The translations under genes were made by a program, and so were the position numbers. Below are positions 50,116 through 60,559 of a stretch of DNA of 64,000 bases, one piece after another. Position 1 is the first letter of the stretch, and each line of letters begins with the position of its first letter. The DNA comes from Schlesneria paludicola DSM 18645 (GTDB lineage Bacteria; Planctomycetota; Planctomycetia; Planctomycetales; Planctomycetaceae), in assembly GCA_945862235.1 (NCBI GenBank), contig CAMAYU010000011.1, forward strand, positions 1,610 through 65,609, given 5' to 3'. The notes under the pieces were generated by a model, which ran no database searches, had not been told where the DNA came from, and saw only the letters and a program-made list of their open reading frames with translations.

Positions 50116-50641
50116 GAGTGAGCGATCAATTCGGTGATGACGCAGAAGCGGGTGGTGAAGAGGATTTGGAATCGGACGACGGTCTGGCGACCGTGGCTAC
50201 GTCTCAATTCAGAACGCTAGAGGATTGAACGGCGAGGAAGTGTCTCGCCGCGACGGTGTTCTTGCAAGGAGATTAGTTCGTCCCCATTCAAGCTGCGTTG
50301 CGGAGTGTTGGCCCCCGACGCGAGAGGTCCATTCACGACAACCCTACTTCCCGTTGCAACCGGCGTTAGCGAGCTGATCGGTAAGTCCTGCGATCCGAAA
50401 TAGCCACATCGACGGTTGCATCACGGCAACGCGGTGGCGATTGGACAACATCCCAACCTCGACCTAGGTTTGCCGATGCGAGGTGGCTTGCGGGGACGCT
50501 CGTGCAACCGAAAGCCCCTCCGTTGTGTTGTCCATTCGATCTTGAGGCTCGGTTATGGCCGTTGAATCGCTCTCTACACTGCGCGGCGCCTCGCCGGCCC
50601 ATTCGGGGTACTTCGCGCCGATGCCACCAGAGGAGACTCCG

Positions 50642-52111
50642 ATGGTCGTCGGTTGGGGCGCATGGCTCTTGCCCTGTTGCGGGCCGTCGTTGGCGTGTGG
50701 TATCGCCGCGATGATCTTCAGTGCGACGACGTATCAGGCTTGGATACCCGCCGCGATCACGCTGGGCGGATGTGTTGTCGGCGTGTTGCTGTCGATGGTG
50801 TGGTGTCAGCGGCAGGCAGCGGCGGCGGAGTCGCTGATCAGGCGTGCGGACTTATTGGAGATCAACCTGCCGCGAAAGGGCCTGTTTCACGACCTGTTTC
50901 ACGGCCTGTTTCACGGCTTGGTTCACGCGGGTACTCATCAAATTCGGCGTGTGTCGGCGGAAGCACGCCGGGCGACCGATCAAAGGACTCGCTCGGAAGC
51001 GAAGTCGCATTTGTTGCGCAATCTTGTGCGGCGACTCGAACAAACGCTCGAGCAGTTGGAACAACCCGCGTTCATCTTCGATGCCGATGAATCGCTGATC
51101 TATCACAACGCCAGCGCCTCGGCGCTGATGGCCTCCGTGATGGGAAATGCCCCGCAGCTTCCGGCGTTGGCTTGGCAGAAGATCGCGGGACTGAAGGCTC
51201 TCGTGGCTGCCACACGTGCGCGATCCGTCGCATCGAAACAGTGTATTGGCGACTTGAAGTTCGAGTTGAACGGTGAGACCGCCGTTTATCGCGCCCGCGT
51301 TGGCAATCTGTACGACGACGAAGGTCGCGTGACTGGAATGGCGGCCGTGCTGGAAGACATCCACGCGGAGATGCGGGAGCGGAACAAGCAGGCGGAGTTT
51401 GTGTCGTCGGTCAGTCACGAATTGAAGACGCCGTTGGCCAGCATCCGGGCCTACACTGAATTGATGATGGACGGCGATGTCGATGATCCGGCCGAGCGTC
51501 ATGAACTGTTGAAGTTCATCGACGATCAGGTGCTGCGACTGACACGACTGGTCAACAATCTGTTGAACATCGCGCGGGTCGAAAGTGGCGTGATCAAAGT
51601 GCAGCGTGAGGATGTCGATCTCAATCTCGTGCTGAAGAGGTCGCTCGGCGTCGTTGCGGCGGCGGCTCAAGAAAAGCAGATCGGTCTCGTGGAGGAACTC
51701 AGCGAACTCTACCTGCCCGCGCACATCGACCTCGACTTGTTCGGGCAGGCGATCATCAATCTGCTGTCGAACGCCATCAAGTACACGCCAGCGGGGGGCG
51801 AGGTGCGATTGAGAAGCCGCATGGAAGAGACTCGGGCGGTCATCGAAGTGCAGGACAATGGCATGGGCATTCCGCCCGAGTCCTTGCATCGGCTGTTCGA
51901 GCGGTTCTATCGAGTCCCCCAAAACAACAAAGCCGCCGCTGGCACCGGGCTTGGTTTGGCACTGGTCAAACATATCGTCACCAACATGCACGACGGAGCG
52001 ATCACCGTCACGTCTCAGGTCAATCGAGGAAGTTGCTTCACGGTGCTGATCCCGCTGGGACACCGCGAGCGAGGAACCCGTTCCGCCCAGTTGCAGGCTG
52101 TCCGCAACTGA
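50642..52111 (+). CDS. membrane sensor histidine kinase (2 TM, PAS-like, HisKA, HATPase)
   Basis: SHELKTPL, NLLSNAIKY, DNGMGI, FERFYR, GTGLGL; AGGAG RBS. Confidence 0.93.
   Translation: MVVGWGAWLLPCCGPSLACGIAAMIFSATTYQAWIPAAITLGGCVVGVLLSMVWCQRQAAAAESLIRRADLLEINLPRKGLFHDLFHGLFHGLVHAGTHQIRRVSAEARRATDQRTRSEAKSHLLRNLVRRLEQTLEQLEQPAFIFDADESLIYHNASASALMASVMGNAPQLPALAWQKIAGLKALVAATRARSVASKQCIGDLKFELNGETAVYRARVGNLYDDEGRVTGMAAVLEDIHAEMRERNKQAEFVSSVSHELKTPLASIRAYTELMMDGDVDDPAERHELLKFIDDQVLRLTRLVNNLLNIARVESGVIKVQREDVDLNLVLKRSLGVVAAAAQEKQIGLVEELSELYLPAHIDLDLFGQAIINLLSNAIKYTPAGGEVRLRSRMEETRAVIEVQDNGMGIPPESLHRLFERFYRVPQNNKAAAGTGLGLALVKHIVTNMHDGAITVTSQVNRGSCFTVLIPLGHRERGTRSAQLQAVRN
50882..50929 (+). repeat. 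12-bp tandem repeat x4 inside the histidine kinase
   Basis: CTGTTTCACGAC CTGTTTCACGGC CTGTTTCACGGC TTGGTTCACGCG encoding LFHD LFHG LFHG LVHA. Confidence 0.85.
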
Positions 52112-52144
52112 ACTGATGTTCGACCCTTAACGAGGAGCTTTGTC

Positions 52145-52579
52145 ATGACTCACCGCATCATTGTTTGTGACGACGAACCGCACATCGTGCGTGCCATCTC
52201 CCTGAAGTTCACCCGTGCGGGCTTCGATGTTCATGGAGCCCCGGATGCCGAAACCGGCTGGGAACTGCTCCAACGCGAACCCTCCGCCATGCTCATCACC
52301 GACTACACGATGCCGGGAATGAACGGTGCCGATCTGGTTCGCCGTGTGCGTGCCGATGCCGCGATGGCCGACCTACCGGTCATCATGCTGACCGCGCGCG
52401 GCTTTGAATTGGACGAGGAAGAAGACCTCGAAACCGAACTGCGGTTGTCCGCCGTTGTGATGAAACCCTTCAGCCCACGCGAACTGGTCATGCGGGCCTA
52501 CGACATCCTGCGACTCACCTCGACGCCGCGCATGTCGCGTTTCGACAGCGAGTGCGAACTGGCCACCGCCTCGTTCTGA
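52145..52579 (+). CDS. single-domain response regulator (CheY-like)
   Basis: CDDEP, ITDYTMPGMNG, MLTA, KPF. Confidence 0.92.
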   Translation: MTHRIIVCDDEPHIVRAISLKFTRAGFDVHGAPDAETGWELLQREPSAMLITDYTMPGMNGADLVRRVRADAAMADLPVIMLTARGFELDEEEDLETELRLSAVVMKPFSPRELVMRAYDILRLTSTPRMSRFDSECELATASF

Positions 52580-52635
52580 AATCAATGCTCGACCGCGTGG
52601 ACCGAGTGACGAGTGACGAAGCATCGAGAACCACC

Positions 52636-52971
52636 ATGCACATCACCACCGAAACATTTGGCAGCGTGCTGGTCGTGCATACACCGGACGATCTCACCGA
52701 AGAGACCTCGCGCCACTTCGCGTCGTCGTTGGAAGAACATTTGCAACAGGGACGATCGTCGATTGTCTTGCAGATGGATCGGAGTGAACTGTTCGACAGC
52801 ATCGGCCTTACGGCGCTGCTCGACCTGCAAGACCAGGCCAGGCACTTGGGAGGCACGGTCAAGATCAGTGGTCTGGCCGATCCCGGTCGCAAGATTTTTG
52901 AAGTGACTCGCCTCGACCAACGCTTCGACCTGTTCGAGTCGGTGATCGATGCCGTCGCCAGCTTTCGTTAG
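52636..52971 (+). CDS. STAS domain anti-sigma-factor antagonist
   Basis: LFDSIGLTALL (phospho-Ser motif), IFEVTRLDQRF. Confidence 0.88.
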   Translation: MHITTETFGSVLVVHTPDDLTEETSRHFASSLEEHLQQGRSSIVLQMDRSELFDSIGLTALLDLQDQARHLGGTVKISGLADPGRKIFEVTRLDQRFDLFESVIDAVASFR

Positions 52972-53113
52972 TCGCCTGTTGAAAAAGGACCGTAGGGTGG
53001 GACCAGCGGCGATTCGCCGCGCCGGCCCACCATCGAACACCGAGACTTTCCTTAGTGGGCTGGCGCTCGAAGCGAGCTGGTCCCACCCTACACAGCTGAT
53101 TTTCAACAGGCGA
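52972..53113. mobile_element. 142-bp MITE-like element: 14-bp terminal IR enclosing a GTAG REP
   Basis: TCGCCTGTTGAAAA (52972-52985) / TTTTCAACAGGCGA (53100-53113); REP 52992-53091 inside. Confidence 0.65.
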
Positions 53114-53132
53114 TGAGCCACCACCATCCATC

Positions 53133-54917
53133 ATGAACAAGCCGCTGCTTAAGCCACGTCTGCGACTCGGCGACCTACTGGTCCGTCAGGGGTTCCTCAC
53201 AGCCGAACGGTTGCAGGCGGCGCTCAAGTTGCAGGCCGACAGCGGGGCGAACAAGCTCCTCGGCGAGCTCCTCGTCGAGCGAGAATTCTGTACCGAGGAG
53301 CAGGTTCTCGAATGCTTGGCCATCGAGTTCAAGCTGCCGTTCGTGAAACTCGACACGCGACTGTTCGATCCGAAAGTGGTCGAACTTCTGCCGCGAGACG
53401 TGCTTGTCAAACATCTCGTTCTGCCGCTGTTCAAACTGCGTGACACGCTGACAGTGGCCATTGCCGAACCGTCGGACATCTTTCTACTCGACCGCCTCAA
53501 GGCGATTGCGCGGTGTGAGGTGCAGCTTGCGATTGCGTCGGCCCGCGACATCCGTCGCGCGCTACAGACCTCACTCCCCGACACGCAGGTCTTCGTGATC
53601 GACGACCTGCTCGACGAGGTGCCCGGCGATGCCATTGACCTGATTCAAGAGGCGCTTGAGGACCACGACGAAGACCATGATCGGAATGGGCGAAGTCCTC
53701 TCGCAAAACTGGTCAGTCACATCATCTCTGCCGCAGTGAGGCAGGGAGCGAGCGACATTCACATCGAGCCAACCGAACGGCAAATCCGCGTGCGGTTTCG
53801 CGTGGACGGCACCTTGTGCAAGTCGATGGAGTTGCCGAGTCACCTCGCGCCCGGACTTTTGTCATGCATCAAACGGATGGCGTTCATGGATGTTTCGGAG
53901 CATCTGCGACCCCAAGACGGCCGGATTCAAGTGATGCTGCAAAGTCGCTCAATCGACCTGCGTATCAGCACGATGCCACTCGCTCAGGGCGAGAAAACCG
54001 TTATCCGCGTGTTCGATAGCCGCAACATCCCGCTGTCGCTGTCTCAGCTCGGCTTCAGCAGCGAAAACCTCGAACGTTTCCAGTCGCAAATTCGCAGACC
54101 GAACGGTCTCGTGCTGGTGACCGGTCCGGCGGATAGCGGAAAAAGCACCACGCTCAACGCGGCGCTCAATGCGATCAGTTCCATCGAATCGAACATCTGC
54201 ACCGTCGAAGACCCGATCGAGTTTCCGTTGCCGCTCGTCAACCAATTCCAAGTCAACGAGAAGCTCGGGCTGACATTCGCCGCGCTCCTGCGAAATCTGC
54301 TGAGACAAGACACCGACGTTCTGATGATTGGTGAGATTCGTGACGAAGAAACCGCGCGCATGGCCATTCAAGTCGCCTCGGCCGGCCATCTCGTCTTCAG
54401 CACCTTAAACACTCAGAATGCGTGCAGTGCCGTCTCGCGGCTCGCCAGAATGGGAGTCGATGGTTACCAGGTTGGCGAATCGCTCAACGGCATTCTCGCT
54501 CAGCGACTGTGCCGCCGCATCTGCGCGAAGTGCCGGGAATCTTACGAGCCTACGAAGGCCATGCTCGCAGTGATGCAACAAATGGGACTCGAATGCCGCG
54601 AACTCTTTCGAGGTGCTGGTTGCGAAAAGTGTCGCAACACCGGCTACTCCGGTCGGATCGCGATCCACGAACTGCTCGTCGTCGATGACGCTCTGCGGGA
54701 AGCGATCGCCATCTCGCCGACGGTCCACGCTCTGACCGAATACGCCAAGCGAGCGGGCATGATCCCGATGCGCTACGACGGGCTGAGAAAAGTCCGCGAG
54801 GGCCTGACCACCATCGAAGAAGTCTTGCAGGCCAGCGATCCCGGCTGGCTCCCCGCTCGCACTCCCGTCCGAGCCACGACCCGCGATGCGAATCCCGCGA
54901 TCAGCAACGCCGGTTAG
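53133..54917 (+). CDS. GspE/PilB family ATPase with N-terminal MshEN domain
   Basis: RLGDLLVRQGFLTAERLQAALKLQ (MshEN), ASDIHIEP, QDGRI, GPADSGKST, VEDPIE, GEIRD, two CxxC. Confidence 0.9.
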   Translation: MNKPLLKPRLRLGDLLVRQGFLTAERLQAALKLQADSGANKLLGELLVEREFCTEEQVLECLAIEFKLPFVKLDTRLFDPKVVELLPRDVLVKHLVLPLFKLRDTLTVAIAEPSDIFLLDRLKAIARCEVQLAIASARDIRRALQTSLPDTQVFVIDDLLDEVPGDAIDLIQEALEDHDEDHDRNGRSPLAKLVSHIISAAVRQGASDIHIEPTERQIRVRFRVDGTLCKSMELPSHLAPGLLSCIKRMAFMDVSEHLRPQDGRIQVMLQSRSIDLRISTMPLAQGEKTVIRVFDSRNIPLSLSQLGFSSENLERFQSQIRRPNGLVLVTGPADSGKSTTLNAALNAISSIESNICTVEDPIEFPLPLVNQFQVNEKLGLTFAALLRNLLRQDTDVLMIGEIRDEETARMAIQVASAGHLVFSTLNTQNACSAVSRLARMGVDGYQVGESLNGILAQRLCRRICAKCRESYEPTKAMLAVMQQMGLECRELFRGAGCEKCRNTGYSGRIAIHELLVVDDALREAIAISPTVHALTEYAKRAGMIPMRYDGLRKVREGLTTIEEVLQASDPGWLPARTPVRATTRDANPAISNAG

Positions 54918-55189
54918 CAGCCGGTTGAAAAAATGTAGGGCAAGCGTCTCGCTTGCCTTTTTTTCAATGGCAGTCATGGGCCAGCAAGACGCTTACCCTA
55001 CGTTAATTAGCCGTAGGACAACGTGATCTTGCGAGGCGACCTTCGTTTGACCGCTGAATTGCCAGCCGTCCGATGCCTCCGCTATCCTTCTGATCCGCTC
55101 ATCGCAGAGCCTCCTGCGGTGGAGAATGCACTCATGTGTGTCGAATTTCCGCCCATGCCGAATTCCCGCTTACACAAGACCCTTCCCGT

Positions 55190-58657
<3,468 letters not shown>

Positions 58658-58684
58658 TTTAGCAGGCGGCCGAGGCCCACGCAG

Positions 58685-58982
58685 TTAATCACAACACCGT
58701 TCGGTAAGTCGGAAATGCATATCGAGCAAGCTTTTTCTGCGTGGCACTCCCTAGCCTGCATCATTTTGTGACCCCTCATTTTGCCCGACACGCCTTCACC
58801 TCAGGCAGGTCAGACAGAATGATGGGGCACAAAATGATGAAGCAGTAGCGGGAAGCACACGCAGACGTGGAGCTCAGCCCCTCGCCCGTTGAAATCTCAG
58901 GGCGTGCCACACCAATTCGCGACTCATTCGTCATTGATTGAGCTAACAAGTCTTCCCACTCACCGAACGGTGTTGCGGTTAA
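58685..58982. other. 298-bp intergenic element with three nested inverted repeats (MITE or structured RNA)
   Basis: 30-bp arms 58685-58714/58953-58982 (26/30), 12-bp arms 58741-58752/58899-58910 (11/12), 22-bp arms 58759-58780/58818-58839 (20/22). Confidence 0.6.
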
Positions 58983-59011
58983 ACGACGCAGTTCTCGCAC
59001 TCCACAAACAC

Positions 59012-59052
59012 AAACGCCCCGGCTGCAACAGTGCAGCCGGGGCGTTTTTTTT
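59012..59052. terminator. rho-independent (probably bidirectional) terminator between convergent pyc and peroxidase genes
   Basis: AAACGCCCCGGCTGCA-ACAG-TGCAGCCGGGGCGTTTTTTTT. Confidence 0.85.
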
Positions 59053-59094
59053 GATGCTCTCAACGACTTATCCGCGAGCGACTGAAGCCGCCGG

Positions 59095-60330
59095 TCACTG
59101 AGGCAACCGATCTGCTCGGACCTTGGGGAAGTCTCCGGTCAGGGCCTGCATGTAGGCGACGAGGTCGCCCTTCTCTTGCGCGGTCAGGTTGAGCTTCTTG
59201 ATCTTGTCGCTGAGACGTGGGTTCGGGTGTCCACCCTTGTCGTACCATTCGACCACTTCGGCGAGCGTCTTGAGGCTGCCGTCGTGCATGTAGGGACCGG
59301 ATTGAGCGACGTTGCGGATGGTCGGTGTTTTGAAGGCACCCTGATCCTTTTCATCCTTGGTCTGATCGAAACGACCGAGGTCGGGCTTCTCGGCGGCCAT
59401 GCCAATGCCGAGGTTGTGGAACTTCTCATCGGCGAAGTTGGCTCCAACGTGGCAGGCGGTGCAGTTGGCCTTCGTGAAGAACAGCTCGCGCCCGCGCTTG
59501 GCCGAGTCGCTGACCGGCTTCGCGGCGCTGGCGTTCTTCAACGCGATGTACTGCTCGTAGGACTCGGCGTCTTCCTTCTTGAAGGCGGCGAGGTCTTTGA
59601 GGTCGTCCTTGAAGGCTTTCTCAAACGCGAGCAGCGGTTCGTAACGATCGGCGGGAGACGTTCCGGTCACGAGTGTTCGCTCGAACGACGCGATCGCCTG
59701 ACCGACGCCGTCGATAGTGACACCCTTGTCGGGGAAGACCTTGTCGAACTGAACGCGATAACCCTCGATCTCTTTCAGCATTTTGACACAGGCTTCGTGC
59801 GTGTAACCCATCTCAATCGGGTTGGCGATCGGCCCAACGGCCTGCGCTTCGAGCGATCCGGCGCGACCATCCCAAAACTGAGCGCCGCTCAGAATGCGGT
59901 TGTACGCGACGGGCGAGTTGCGACCGCCGGTCTGGCCTTTGATGCCGACGCCGAACTGAGTGTTCTTGGCGAAGCCGAATTCCGGACTGTGGCAGCTCGC
60001 GCAACTAACGGTGTTATCGGCCGAGAGCCGCGTATCGAAGTAGAGCTGTCGCCCGAGTTCGATCTTCGCGCGAGTCAGCGGGTTGTCCTTCGGAATTTGA
60101 ATCGTGCTCGCGCCGAGAGCCAGTCCGGCGGGAAGCTCGACATCCAGCGGTTCGTGATTTTTGGGATCGGCCAACCACTTTTGAATCTGCTCCATTGTCA
60201 GCGGCCCCGTTCCCGGAACGCCGCTCACCAATTCAGGGCCGCCCAGCAGCACCTTTTGCTTTGCCTGATCGGCACCCTGACAGACCTCAACAGTCATCGT
60301 CAACGCCAACGCCCACACGAAACACTTCAT
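59095..60330 (-). CDS. di-heme cytochrome c peroxidase (CcpA/MauG family)
   Basis: Signal peptide; CASCH and CTACH heme motifs; QFWDGRA, FKTPTIRN, PYMHDG. Confidence 0.92.
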   Translation of the reverse strand: MKCFVWALALTMTVEVCQGADQAKQKVLLGGPELVSGVPGTGPLTMEQIQKWLADPKNHEPLDVELPAGLALGASTIQIPKDNPLTRAKIELGRQLYFDTRLSADNTVSCASCHSPEFGFAKNTQFGVGIKGQTGGRNSPVAYNRILSGAQFWDGRAGSLEAQAVGPIANPIEMGYTHEACVKMLKEIEGYRVQFDKVFPDKGVTIDGVGQAIASFERTLVTGTSPADRYEPLLAFEKAFKDDLKDLAAFKKEDAESYEQYIALKNASAAKPVSDSAKRGRELFFTKANCTACHVGANFADEKFHNLGIGMAAEKPDLGRFDQTKDEKDQGAFKTPTIRNVAQSGPYMHDGSLKTLAEVVEWYDKGGHPNPRLSDKIKKLNLTAQEKGDLVAYMQALTGDFPKVRADRLPQ

Positions 60331-60559
60331 CACATTCCACTCCTGCACAAGAAGAAACTGCCCGCTGTGATTGCGATCGCCCCGAGAAGCCCATGTTCCG
60401 GGACCGTGTCGCGCCGGGATTGTAGCCACAGCGCCGAGACAGGCCAGCCAGCCGCACGTTATCTCCACCTGTGGGTTTGCGGTTTCGGAGCGAAGCCTCC
60501 AGCATTCGACGCCGAATGCCTTGGAGACAGACCCAGCCTTTCATTCTGCCGAGCCGATC

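Noticed and set aside
50116-50641. tmRNA or riboswitch in the 525-bp gap beside smpB
   Set aside because: No tRNA-like ends or tag reading frame were recognisable. A GGCAAAC on the minus strand near 50470 lacks the following GNRA stem and GACGCAAAGC of c-di-GMP-I riboswitches.
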